DNA of 62,522 bases, the filler included. It is 4 parts of 4 records of this genome, joined end to end, with 100 filler letters (N's around TTAATTAATTAA, not from the genome) between each part and the next. Parts side by side here need not be neighbours in the genome. Positions count along the whole stretch, not along the records: positions 1 to 19,051 come from SRR20825006_680; 3 more parts are not named here. The stretch is one strand, 5' to 3'. Numbering within the stretch: the first letter of the stretch is position 1; each line of letters begins with the position of its first letter. A model generated the notes under the pieces. The model was given only the letters and a program-made list of their open reading frames with translations. It was not told the DNA's origin and did no database searches. The position numbers and the translations under genes were made by a program. Below are positions 9,585-19,151 of the stretch, one piece after another.

Positions 9585-11012
9585 CTAATATTCCTGATCA
9601 AAATTCTTAAATTGATAATCCTCTTGGTACTCAGCAATACTTAAATTTTGAGCACGCTCAAACAAATGGGCTTCAGTTTCAAAGAAATGCATCATATAAC
9701 CAGCGGTATTCACAAATAAGACCGCATCTCCGATTTCCGGAAGCTGTGGTAACATGATTTTGCGTTTCAATAAAATATCCCGCTCCAGACAATAGGCTCC
9801 TGTAAAATATACACGCACAGGTTCAGCATTAGATTTTCGATGTTGATAGCTTACAAAAGGGTCTAAAAGAAAATCGGCACTTGAACTTTTTAATTGGGAC
9901 ATATTCATTTCTAAACCTATAAGGTGATTTCCTTCTGCATCTATTTTGCGATGCGCTACACGGGCTACAGTAATTCCTACTTGATCTAGTAAACTACGCC
10001 CCGGTTCTAGACGTAATTCAATACTATTGGCTTGTATTCGTTGAACAACAGTTTTATTACTTTGATTAGGCGTTTCCAAAATTTCTTTGAGAAAATTAGC
10101 CTTAGTATTTTCATTGTAATAAGGGTACGTTTGCAAATGTCCTTCGAGTTCCCCGTTGCGCATAGTAAAACCTAGACCGTCGTTATTGTAAGTAATAGAA
10201 GGATGCTGTTCTAAGACAGCCTGTTTTAATACGTGTTGAAACGAATCCCATTCCTGTTGAGATTGCAGATAGTTCATCAATATTCCTCCACCTATATCAA
10301 TAAAAGAAATAGGTAATTCAAGAGGTTTCAATATTTCGATAAGATCTAGGGTTTGATGAAGCGCTGTTCCACGTTGAGCGGTACTATAACCATCTAAATG
10401 AAAATGAAAACCCTCTAAACGAATTTTACCTAAAACTGTAGCATCTTTAAAGTAACGCTCTATAAATTGAGTAACGGCTGTGATATCAAACCCGAAACGA
10501 CTTTTTAATTTAGACCCTTGAAAATCAAATCCTGAAATGCGTATACCAATTTTTACTTTTTTATTAAGTTGAGTAGAGAGCGCCAGAACCTGATCGAATT
10601 CATCTTGATTATCTATGATAAGTAGAACCTCTTGCTCAATAGCAGTTTGCAACAATTTTTTATTCTTAATGGCAGCAGTAGAGATAAGTTTGTCTGAGCT
10701 GATATTAAGATCTAAACATTGTTGAAGTTCGGGGTAGCTGGCGGTATCAATACCTATATTCATTTGGGCTGCGGCAGGGATGAGATTCTTAAATTTATTT
10801 GCTTTTCTGGCAAAAAACAATTGATATTTGATCTGATAGGTATCTAAAATTTTCTGATACTCTTCTATATTTTCTTGAAATGCTTTTAAATGATGCAGAT
10901 TTATTGGCGAACCATATGCCTCTAAGAGGTGCTCTAGAAGGTCAAAATTGCCTATAAGTTGATGCATCCATTGAGAAGTAATAGGAGTTAGTGCAGGTAA
11001 ATTAGGATTCAT
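9585..11012 (-). CDS. Fold-type III PLP enzyme (Y4yA / diaminopimelate-decarboxylase-like)
   Basis: FFARKANK (PLP Lys), SRFG, HFHLDG, DIGGG, EPGRSL, GAYCLE. Confidence 0.85.
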   Translation of the reverse strand: MNPNLPALTPITSQWMHQLIGNFDLLEHLLEAYGSPINLHHLKAFQENIEEYQKILDTYQIKYQLFFARKANKFKNLIPAAAQMNIGIDTASYPELQQCLDLNISSDKLISTAAIKNKKLLQTAIEQEVLLIIDNQDEFDQVLALSTQLNKKVKIGIRISGFDFQGSKLKSRFGFDITAVTQFIERYFKDATVLGKIRLEGFHFHLDGYSTAQRGTALHQTLDLIEILKPLELPISFIDIGGGILMNYLQSQQEWDSFQHVLKQAVLEQHPSITYNNDGLGFTMRNGELEGHLQTYPYYNENTKANFLKEILETPNQSNKTVVQRIQANSIELRLEPGRSLLDQVGITVARVAHRKIDAEGNHLIGLEMNMSQLKSSSADFLLDPFVSYQHRKSNAEPVRVYFTGAYCLERDILLKRKIMLPQLPEIGDAVLFVNTAGYMMHFFETEAHLFERAQNLSIAEYQEDYQFKNFDQEY

Positions 11013-12765
11013 AAGTAAGGTTGTAATTTTTGATTTCTTGAACGTTTTTTACAGTGTTACGCGCCCAGGCACTTGACGTATCGTTATGTGCTCTAGAAAG
11101 CGAGTCATTATCAAATAGTATATGTTCTGTGGGTGTACCATATAAAACGATGTTTTTTTCTATGGCTCCGGATGATGAAATTGGGTGCCCTTCAATGGTG
11201 CAATGTAAATCTATCCAATCTTGCTCTTGAGGGGAAGAGAACAAAGAGGTCGTGCTATTTCCATTAAAAAGTATTGCGGATGATTTGGTGAATTTACGGG
11301 GTATTCGCGCATCAATCATAAAGTCTGCATCCTGCTTACGATCATTTAATGTAACCGTCCACCCACGTTTGGTAGATACTGTACTCGGATGTCTTGCAAA
11401 TGAAAAATTGAGAATTCCGGCCTGATGCAGGGCGAGCATTTTTTTAATATTTTCAATTGGAGGCCCATATGCAATCCGGTTGAAAAGTCCGAAATAAGTA
11501 TCTTGAAACCGTTTTCTTGATTTAGAAGTTAGAAGCGCTGTTTGGTAAAGTCTATTGAACTCTTTAGAAAGACTCCTCCACGCACTTGCTGCAGCTACCC
11601 ATGGACTTTGCGCTTGATCCAATTCTTTAATCCAAAAATTCCAATAGTTTTCAGGTGAATTAGCATAATTAAGATTAGAATGTGCTTCGGGGTAGAGGAG
11701 TTCATCTGCCTTAAAGGGAGCTATTGCTAAATTCAATCTATGAAAATCAGTCTTTGCTGCGTTAAAGTGTGCTACATCAGAAGGTGTATACTCAAACCCA
11801 TACATTTTAAAAAGCATCTGATAATACGCTGATTCAATGTCTAGTTTGATCCAAGGCAGTATGTCCCTCTCAAAATCAACACGAGTATGCGAATTTAAAA
11901 TTGAATCGATCTTATTTTTTAGAAAATGACTAGTTGAATTTAGCATATCTGCTTGATCCCCTCTTGGTACAATAGGAATACCAGAACGTGAATATGCAAT
12001 TATCAATGCCGGCTCATTTCCAGATTTTAAATAATCGAAAGCCCCTGATGTATTTTTTTTAAATACCCCTCGACGCCCTTCAGTCAACTCAAGAATGGCA
12101 TCTATGGCTGTAAGTCCCATACCCTTACACAACACGGTGGATTGAGGGGGAATAGGATTAAGGTTTTCGCAAAGTGGATAGACAAAGGGGATATAGCATT
12201 GTGATTCTTTCTTTTGCTGCTTACAGCTTTGAATTGCAGGGCTGTGGCCTGTTGTAATTAAAAGCGATTGAAAATGTATATCCTTGCAACAAGTGTTTTC
12301 TGTCAGCAATTTATAACCCTCTGTTTCTTTCAGGATATCAGTGACACAAGTAGTGTGTAGTTGAATATTAATTTTAATACGTGCAGCGCTAAGAATACGT
12401 TCAAAATAATACTGTAAATACCTTCCCACTACTGCTCTAGGAGCTACCTGTGAATCAACTTGCTCTTTAGGGAGATTATACGTTGAACTTAACCAATCAC
12501 TAAAAGATTGAATAGGGATAAGCGGTTGCAAGGCATTTGAAGGACTACAAGAAATATATTTATTGGGATAGTTCATCAAAAGATATTCGGGCTGATTAGG
12601 ATCATAGATCCACCCACTTGCAAAATTTTCAGTTTCGTTGAACAAATGAATAGTTATAGCACTACAATTATCGCAACGATCAAGTTCAGCTACGAGCCTT
12701 TCAAATCCATAAAAGCCTTTAGGTCCTAAACCTATGATTCCTATGTGAAAATCAGCGAACTCCAT
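11002..12765 (-). CDS. FAD/NAD(P)-binding flavoprotein resembling CreE/FzmM-type N-oxygenases
   Basis: IGLGPKG..FERL, QPEYLLMN, PRAVVGRYL, GMGLTAID..LTEGRRG, SRSG, GPP, DARIP, GTPTE. Confidence 0.75.
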   Translation of the reverse strand: MEFADFHIGIIGLGPKGFYGFERLVAELDRCDNCSAITIHLFNETENFASGWIYDPNQPEYLLMNYPNKYISCSPSNALQPLIPIQSFSDWLSSTYNLPKEQVDSQVAPRAVVGRYLQYYFERILSAARIKINIQLHTTCVTDILKETEGYKLLTENTCCKDIHFQSLLITTGHSPAIQSCKQQKKESQCYIPFVYPLCENLNPIPPQSTVLCKGMGLTAIDAILELTEGRRGVFKKNTSGAFDYLKSGNEPALIIAYSRSGIPIVPRGDQADMLNSTSHFLKNKIDSILNSHTRVDFERDILPWIKLDIESAYYQMLFKMYGFEYTPSDVAHFNAAKTDFHRLNLAIAPFKADELLYPEAHSNLNYANSPENYWNFWIKELDQAQSPWVAAASAWRSLSKEFNRLYQTALLTSKSRKRFQDTYFGLFNRIAYGPPIENIKKMLALHQAGILNFSFARHPSTVSTKRGWTVTLNDRKQDADFMIDARIPRKFTKSSAILFNGNSTTSLFSSPQEQDWIDLHCTIEGHPISSSGAIEKNIVLYGTPTEHILFDNDSLSRAHNDTSSAWARNTVKNVQEIKNYNLTYES

Positions 12766-13742
12766 TATTTTAGATGACTTTGAACCCAGTTTTGATTATA
12801 TAGCGTATCAAGATAACGCTCTCCTCGATCGCAAAGAATTAATACGCTTTTACTATTCTCAGGCAGCTGCTGCTGTAATTTTAAAAAGGCGCTTAAGACT
12901 GCTCCTGAAGAACCGCCAGCAAGAATACCTTCGGTATCTAAAAGCTTATGACATCCTTCAACACATTCCATATCTGAGATATGACACGCACTTTCAATAG
13001 CTTCTCTTCTCAAAAAATGGGAGGGTAGTCCTGCACCATGGCCTGGAATATGACGTTCTTGAGGTTTATGACCAAAAAGAACGCTTCCGACCGCATCTAC
13101 CGCAATCATCTTTGTATTCAGTCCGTGCGCTTGAATGTAATTGGCACACCCCATCAGGGTACCGCAAGTGCTGGTTGCGGCGAAAACATAATCTACTTCC
13201 GGTAGCTCTTGATATATTTCTCGCATCGTACGATGATGCGCTTTCGGATTGGATTCATTTTGATATTGATTCGTCCATACCGAATTCGGGATTTCCAGAA
13301 GTAACTCCTGAATTCGAGCAAGTCGTGCCCCCAGATAGCCGCCATTAGCAATAGGTTTTTTTACTTTATTGATTTTAGCCCCATATGCGTTTAATATCTT
13401 CAATGTATGCGGATTGGCTTTTGGATCAACTACGATAATCAGAGGTATGTTATAATAACAACATACTTGTGCCAAACCTACAGCCATATTTCCGCTACTA
13501 CTCTCAATCAAGGTAGTATCTTTTGTAAAATGACCTTTGCGAATTCCTTCTTCAACTATTGCTAAACTAGTGCGATCTTTAATACTTCCACCAGGATTGG
13601 CCATTTCCATTTTAGCGTAAACTTCACGACCTGTAATAGAAGATAGTCGCTTGAGGTGTATGAGTGGAGTGTTCCCGATAGTATCAAGCACGGAGGATTT
13701 CTCAATTCGACGTAGGGGCTGTGTGGGCAATTGCGTGTACAT
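12765..13742 (-). CDS. SbnA-like PLP-dependent beta-substitution enzyme (cysteine synthase fold)
   Basis: NPGGSIKDR, ESSSGN (SbnA-type rather than CysK TSGNT), GGYLGAR, NQY, STCGT. Confidence 0.85.
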   Translation of the reverse strand: MYTQLPTQPLRRIEKSSVLDTIGNTPLIHLKRLSSITGREVYAKMEMANPGGSIKDRTSLAIVEEGIRKGHFTKDTTLIESSSGNMAVGLAQVCCYYNIPLIIVVDPKANPHTLKILNAYGAKINKVKKPIANGGYLGARLARIQELLLEIPNSVWTNQYQNESNPKAHHRTMREIYQELPEVDYVFAATSTCGTLMGCANYIQAHGLNTKMIAVDAVGSVLFGHKPQERHIPGHGAGLPSHFLRREAIESACHISDMECVEGCHKLLDTEGILAGGSSGAVLSAFLKLQQQLPENSKSVLILCDRGERYLDTLYNQNWVQSHLK

Positions 13743-13915
13743 AGGAATTATGGTTAGTTATATGGTTGTTTACTTAAAATTATATTTCGCATATTTTGTG
13801 AACTAGCAGAATAACAAAAATTAACATTAACCCGTTAAAATGCTCTAAAACCTAGAATTAGCTATCATTAAGAACTCTAATGTTTATAATTTTTAGCAAT
13901 AATTATTAAAATGGA

Positions 13916-14500
13916 ATGTATATGGAAAATTGGCTTGTTGTTTCAGAGACTACAATAATCAAAGTGGTACTGTCAGTAATTTCTATTTTTACTGTGATGA
14001 TTGTAATTACGCGTATCAATGGACTGCGTACATTTGCCAAAATGTCGAGTTTTGATTTTGCTGCGACCATTGCGATTGGTTCCGTACTCGCCTCAATTGT
14101 TTTAAATACAAATCAATCACTAGTTAAGGGGACAATTGCGCTCGCTTGTATTGTGGCTTTTCAGAGTATTTTTTCGTGGTTAAGGCGAAAATCGAAAACG
14201 ATGCAACATTTAATATCTAACGATCCTGTGGTATTAATGTATCAAGGAGAGATTTTCTACGAAAATTTAAAGAAAACTAATGTTGGTGAAGATGACCTTA
14301 TTGCTAAATTGAGAGAGGCCAACGCATTAAATTTTAAAGAAGTGTATGCCGTAATTTTAGAAACTACAGGTGATATGTCTGTATTACACGGACCCGATCA
14401 TCAAAGCATCGATAAAAAAATTTTAAAGGGAATAAAAGGTTGGCCTATTTCTAGTTCTGATGATACTGTAGCTAAGCCAAATAAAAATTCAAATTTGTAG
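13916..14500 (+). CDS. DUF421/YetF-family membrane protein
   Basis: G-x-RTFAKMSSFDF, IAIGSV, LREAN, ILETTGDMSV. Confidence 0.85.
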   Translation: MYMENWLVVSETTIIKVVLSVISIFTVMIVITRINGLRTFAKMSSFDFAATIAIGSVLASIVLNTNQSLVKGTIALACIVAFQSIFSWLRRKSKTMQHLISNDPVVLMYQGEIFYENLKKTNVGEDDLIAKLREANALNFKEVYAVILETTGDMSVLHGPDHQSIDKKILKGIKGWPISSSDDTVAKPNKNSNL

Positions 14501-14529
14501 GAAGCCTTATAAGTTACCGATTAAGTCCC

Positions 14530-15120
14530 TCAATGTTTTATTAGTTGACGAAAAGTCAAACTTATACGAGGGGTTGTAACCTTTTTAGTTTTGGAAATGT
14601 TGTGTTTCCAAAACTGTTGTGTTTCATCTTTCATCACTAACAGACTCCCAGCGTGCAGCTCAAAACTCACTTTATTTTTGGTTTCATTATGCTTCAGATT
14701 GAATTTGCGTGTAGCTCCAAAACTTAAGGTTGCAATAGTACCGTTTGCAATTAAATCACGCTCATCATCACTATGCCATCCCATAGCAGTAGTTCCATCA
14801 GGGTAATAGTTTAATAGGCAACTGTTAAATGTTTCGTGAAGCTGATCTTCCAATTTGGCTTTCAAATTCAGCAAATCTTGATTCCATATTTCGCACTGGC
14901 GCTTGGTACCTGAATAGGTATAAGTTAAGCCTGAATCTCCAAATAAAGCAGTTTTTCTTTGGGTGTAAATTGTCTTACCAAAAATTACAACTCGATCAGA
15001 TTGCCAAGGAATTGTATTGGAGAAAACATCCATATAATATGCTTGCATTGTGACGTCAATGAATGAAGGATCAAATGCCACGCAACCATCATAAGGCAAT
15101 AGGTTTTCTGTATCTTCCAT
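14530..15120 (-). CDS. AlkB-family 2OG-Fe(II) dioxygenase (ALKBH2/3-like)
   Basis: NSCLLNYY, WHSDDE (HxD), WKH, RISLTFR. Confidence 0.9.
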   Translation of the reverse strand: MEDTENLLPYDGCVAFDPSFIDVTMQAYYMDVFSNTIPWQSDRVVIFGKTIYTQRKTALFGDSGLTYTYSGTKRQCEIWNQDLLNLKAKLEDQLHETFNSCLLNYYPDGTTAMGWHSDDERDLIANGTIATLSFGATRKFNLKHNETKNKVSFELHAGSLLVMKDETQQFWKHNISKTKKVTTPRISLTFRQLIKH

Positions 15121-15244
15121 TTAAAGGACCTTTTAAAGACTTTGTATTAGTAATTGCATTAAGAAAAACAGGAGCTTTTCAAATCATTTTCAATTCTAAT
15201 CATTGATTGTTGAAAAATGGATAAACATACAATTATAATCCTAT

Positions 15245-16099
15245 TCAATTCGGATTATTAATAAAACGATGTGCGATTTTTAATTCCAGATCTCGTTCCC
15301 CTTGAGCCTCGTGTAATTGAACCACAACCCGGTTATTATTACTTAAGGAAAACTTTGAAAGCACATAGACAAACCGGACGCGTTCTCCTTTTTTAATCTT
15401 GTTGGGAAACTGATGTTTATACAGCGGTTGTTTTACAATGCGCTGGGATGATTTTCGTTTTCCTTTTGCCCGTGATTGCACACCTATCTCCAAAAAGTCC
15501 ACATCATAATCCAATCCGGATTTATTTTCAATCTCAAAAACGAAATACAGTTGCTCCCTATCAAATACAATATTTTTAGTTGTTAGTTTTATGCCATAGT
15601 TACGTTTGATTAAATGCCCTAAACCTTGTTTACTTTTAAGCAGTTTAGCACTAAGGAATTTTAAGTTGGACAGGTTAACTGCTGCAGTTGGTTTTAGAGT
15701 TATAGGCGCAAGAGTATCTTTTTTCCGATCTTCTTTACCAATGCTGTTTTGTGATTTTATAAAATAATTGATTTGAGTGAGTTGGGCTTTGTATTTAATG
15801 ATATAGGAGTAGATACTTCCATCAGTGGTGATCACCAAAAGATTGCTTTCCTTTCCGGGTTGGGCCTGTAGCAATCCCAAATATTGTGGGATATCCCGAT
15901 TAAAACTGAATACAAAAGATGCTGAGCCTACAATACCCTGACGAATAGGTTTTGGAAAAAATAGCGCTACATTTTTCGTTTCATTGGCATACAGGGTGTC
16001 CAAAATTATTGGATTCGAATTAGGTATGGTTTTAGCCTGAAGTGATACGCTGAATAGAACAAGTGTGCTTATCGCTATTAAATACTGGATGGTTTTCAT
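15245..16099 (-). CDS. traN: Conjugative transposon TraN-like (DUF4138) protein
   Basis: Signal peptide, NLLVIT, N-x-S-x-LDYD, RFVYVL-x-KF; last gene of the tra run. Confidence 0.75.
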   Translation of the reverse strand: MKTIQYLIAISTLVLFSVSLQAKTIPNSNPIILDTLYANETKNVALFFPKPIRQGIVGSASFVFSFNRDIPQYLGLLQAQPGKESNLLVITTDGSIYSYIIKYKAQLTQINYFIKSQNSIGKEDRKKDTLAPITLKPTAAVNLSNLKFLSAKLLKSKQGLGHLIKRNYGIKLTTKNIVFDREQLYFVFEIENKSGLDYDVDFLEIGVQSRAKGKRKSSQRIVKQPLYKHQFPNKIKKGERVRFVYVLSKFSLSNNNRVVVQLHEAQGERDLELKIAHRFINNPN

Positions 16100-16108
16100 A
16101 ATTGCAGA

Positions 16109-17038
16109 TTATTTGATTTTTAAGAGCATACGGTAGTTGTTGAGTACGGTAACTTTTACATTACGGTTATCAATACGAAGCAGTTGTGAAATTCCGCTGA
16201 CTTGAGGTAAACTTGGGATATTGATGTCTTGAAGCACATCGTCCATAACCTCCCTAGTGGCTTGGGCTCTAAAATTATTTTCTACATAAATTCCTTTTAA
16301 ACCGTCCTGCAAGTCAAAAGCTTCTAATACAACAGGATGGTGATTGATCTGCTCAATTTTAATTAATGCTCTATTGGGTTGAAAGCTTATGGTTCCAAAC
16401 ACCTTAGTGTTTTTAGGAAGACGTGTTCCTTTTATGGTTATGGCCTCTACCAAGCGAAGCTGAATACGCGTATTGGCTTTAACTAATTGATCCCCATCCA
16501 CAACCGCCTGTACTAGATCATCACTGCTAGGATCCAATGCAGTTGCTTTAAGGCTTGTGGAGGTCGCCGCAGCAAAAAAGAGCTGGTGCTCTAACCCCAA
16601 TTCCTGATGGATCACCTGACGTTCTTGTTGTTGTATTTCGGGACTTTGTTCAGCGGGTATAGCTTTTTGATTTGAAGTCCTTATAGAGGTCTTGGATTCT
16701 TGATCTCCATAGACTTTTTGGTTTGCACGATAGATACTGTCAACCACCCGCTGTTTTTCTTGCTCAGCATACTGCGGATTGTAATACCCCAAAGAATCCA
16801 ATAAGTTTTCATCATAAATACTGGGTGCTGTTTGAGGGTTAACTTTTTTTAGATCGTTCAAAGCATCGATTTTCGATTCGTACTCCAATTGTTCCTGTTC
16901 AAGTATTGGAATTTCAGTTTGGGTGAGTTGTTCTTCGGACTCATCCTCCATGGAAAGCGAGATTCCATAGCAAACCAGAAATAGTACGATCACAGCAAGA
17001 ACAGCTGCAAATACAATTTTGTTTTTTTCAATTTTCAT
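16109..17038 (-). CDS. traM: Conjugative transposon TraM
   Basis: N-terminal TM, coiled coil, C-terminal RIQLRL...DLQDGLKGIYV. Confidence 0.8.
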   Translation of the reverse strand: MKIEKNKIVFAAVLAVIVLFLVCYGISLSMEDESEEQLTQTEIPILEQEQLEYESKIDALNDLKKVNPQTAPSIYDENLLDSLGYYNPQYAEQEKQRVVDSIYRANQKVYGDQESKTSIRTSNQKAIPAEQSPEIQQQERQVIHQELGLEHQLFFAAATSTSLKATALDPSSDDLVQAVVDGDQLVKANTRIQLRLVEAITIKGTRLPKNTKVFGTISFQPNRALIKIEQINHHPVVLEAFDLQDGLKGIYVENNFRAQATREVMDDVLQDINIPSLPQVSGISQLLRIDNRNVKVTVLNNYRMLLKIK

Positions 17039-17055
17039 AAGCTTGGTTTTAAGAA

Positions 17056-17670
17056 TTACTCTTGGGAATCGATTTTTTGCAGATGCTGTTCAAAATAGTT
17101 TGTGATAAGCAGGCCGTGGGGATTATTAGGGAAATTACGTGCTACAGAAATTAAGTTTCCTGTGGTCTGCAATTGGTACGTATCAGTTACGCTTCCCCGA
17201 TTGATCTCGAAGGTAAGGGTTGTTTTAAATTGAATAGGAGTAGCGTCTAGATCAATTTGAGAGTCTATTTGAAGCACGCGTTGTACTAAAGAATATTGGA
17301 TGAGTCGATTGTAGAGTCCATCAGCACGCTTTTGCTGATAGACTTGATCTACTGAACTATTACCCAGCCATAATGCTTTATCCAAATTTTTGGTGTAATT
17401 GCTCGCATCGATGTTATAGAAATACCGATGAAACAGGTCAAGGTGAGCCAGCGCCTCAACTTCTAGATGCTCTCTTTCAATCGTTAATCTCAAGGGGATC
17501 ACTTCACCGGTAGTACTGATTGCAAAAGCAGAGGAAGCAAACTTTTGATAACTAGAATACACCATCCACCCCGAGAACAGCACACAGAGTGTGGTAGAGA
17601 CTACACAGCTATAAACAATGAAGCGATTGGTTTTTAATACAGCATAAATGTTTGAATAAGGTGTTTTCAT
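17056..17670 (-). CDS. traK: Conjugative transposon TraK (VirB8-like)
   Basis: Single TM, FHRYFY, RNFPNNPHGLLI. Confidence 0.85.
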   Translation of the reverse strand: MKTPYSNIYAVLKTNRFIVYSCVVSTTLCVLFSGWMVYSSYQKFASSAFAISTTGEVIPLRLTIEREHLEVEALAHLDLFHRYFYNIDASNYTKNLDKALWLGNSSVDQVYQQKRADGLYNRLIQYSLVQRVLQIDSQIDLDATPIQFKTTLTFEINRGSVTDTYQLQTTGNLISVARNFPNNPHGLLITNYFEQHLQKIDSQE

Positions 17671-17680
17671 AGTATTGATT

Positions 17681-18523
17681 TTATTGAGTGAACAGACGCA
17701 GTGTAAAAGAGGTCGCCCGCCGGTAGAGTTTAAATTTTAGAAACACAATAAACCCCACCGAACCAAACTGAACCACGGGAGCAAAAAAACCTTCCAAGTA
17801 GTTGGAACCAAAGAGCTGCTCCCAAAAGTTTTCGTTAAGCTCAGCATATATCGCATTGATAAAAATGTTGACTAAAAAGAAGGCAGGGACCAGCATGTAG
17901 ACCGCTGCGTAGAGCTTAAAAAAACCATAAGCTAAAGAGCGAAATCTTTCAAAGACGGCTAGACTCATCACTAAAGGGAAAAATGCTTGCATAATGCCTA
18001 GAAGAAAAAACCGCTCCGCGAGAAATAACGGATAGATAAACAAGTCTAAGATCCATAAAATGATACTCGCAATAAATGCGAAAATTTTAAATCCAAACAA
18101 AGGGGTGACCAGAGCCTCGTAGAGTAATGCCATCGCTGCTTTAGTTGCTTCAAGCATCCCCACTTCTTCTTCGATTGGGAGATCTTGCATTTGTAAAGGT
18201 AAGAGGGCGGGGGCAGTATCTCGGTATTGCGTTTCTACAGCGAGTAAAATACCATCAAAAAATCCTAAGATCTGAGTAGAGAATATGACCAGTAGGACCA
18301 CAGCAAAATTTTTAGCCAATTCTTGCGGACTCAATCCCCAGGTATATCCGTGTTTGTCGGCGATTCCTTCATTGTACTTTTTTATAAGGTTGACAAGAAA
18401 AAAAAGGACGGCAAGAGTTTTCATCCCGGTAATGGTAAACTGGGAAAAGGAACTGTTCTGGATGGTTTGAAACAGCGTATCTACATACTCCAATCCAATA
18501 CCTAAAAATACATTTAACACCAT
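17681..18523 (-). CDS. TraJ-like (VirB6-like) polytopic membrane protein
   Basis: Multiple TM helices; lies between the TraI-like gene and traK. Confidence 0.65.
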   Translation of the reverse strand: MVLNVFLGIGLEYVDTLFQTIQNSSFSQFTITGMKTLAVLFFLVNLIKKYNEGIADKHGYTWGLSPQELAKNFAVVLLVIFSTQILGFFDGILLAVETQYRDTAPALLPLQMQDLPIEEEVGMLEATKAAMALLYEALVTPLFGFKIFAFIASIILWILDLFIYPLFLAERFFLLGIMQAFFPLVMSLAVFERFRSLAYGFFKLYAAVYMLVPAFFLVNIFINAIYAELNENFWEQLFGSNYLEGFFAPVVQFGSVGFIVFLKFKLYRRATSFTLRLFTQ

Positions 18524-18525
18524 TT

Positions 18526-19051
18526 CTAATACTGAGTTTCTCGATTATTGATTTTATCCTGCATTTGACGAAAGGATATGATGTCTCTGTAGCGTTTGGT
18601 TTTGATATCGATCTCAGATACCATTTCTTGCGATTCTTCTTCTTTCTCTTTAAGAATTTTTGCACGCTCCCCATCAGACATTTTGAGAAAGTTGCTGGAT
18701 AGGATTTGGTCTATAAAATCCATCGTCTCCAGTGAGTTATCAACGATCTGATTGAAAGAATTTGTAATGCGTGTGACCTCTTCCGGTTTGATATAGGGAC
18801 TGCTTAAAATACTTCGTAACTCATTCTGCATGACCTTGATCAATCGGGAATTGTTGTTCCCAATTTCCCGTACCGCTTTGAGTTGACGTATAACTGAATT
18901 TACTTGTTCTAAGTTCTCTTTCTGTTGCTTTAAAAACTCCACCGTTTTTAAAAGTTGAGTGGTCTGCTTGGCAGACTCTACCAGAGTTTTCACCAGACTT
19001 ACAAAATTGGTATTGTCATAAACCGGCATCCCCTGGGCCGTAGCACGGCCG
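18526..19051 (-). CDS. TraI-like (DUF4141-type) conjugal transfer protein, 5'-truncated by the contig end
   Basis: Frame stays open to the linker: GRATAQG-MPVYDNTNF; helical; MSDGER motif. Confidence 0.7.
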
Positions 19052-19151
19052 NNNNNNNNNNNNNNNNNNNNNNNNNNNNNNNNNNNNNNNNNNNNTTAAT
19101 TAATTAANNNNNNNNNNNNNNNNNNNNNNNNNNNNNNNNNNNNNNNNNNNN
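19052..19151. other. Artificial contig linker
   Basis: N44-TTAATTAATTAA-N44 (stop codons in all six frames). Confidence 0.98.

Larger units (their letters stand above)
1..19051. mobile_element. Internal part of a Bacteroidota (Flavobacteriaceae-type) integrative conjugative element with cargo
   Basis: Mobilisation protein, HUH relaxase and coupling ATPase on +; TraI/J/K/M/N-like genes on -; accessory genes between them. No integrase or att site is visible in the window. Confidence 0.88.

Noticed and set aside
9585-13742. Staphyloferrin B-type siderophore cluster
   Set aside because: No SbnB, NIS synthetase or dedicated receptor in the contig; only SbnA-like and decarboxylase-like components.
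19096-19107. TTAATTAATTAA repeated three times inside N runs
   Set aside because: Synthetic six-frame-stop linker, not a biological repeat or att site.
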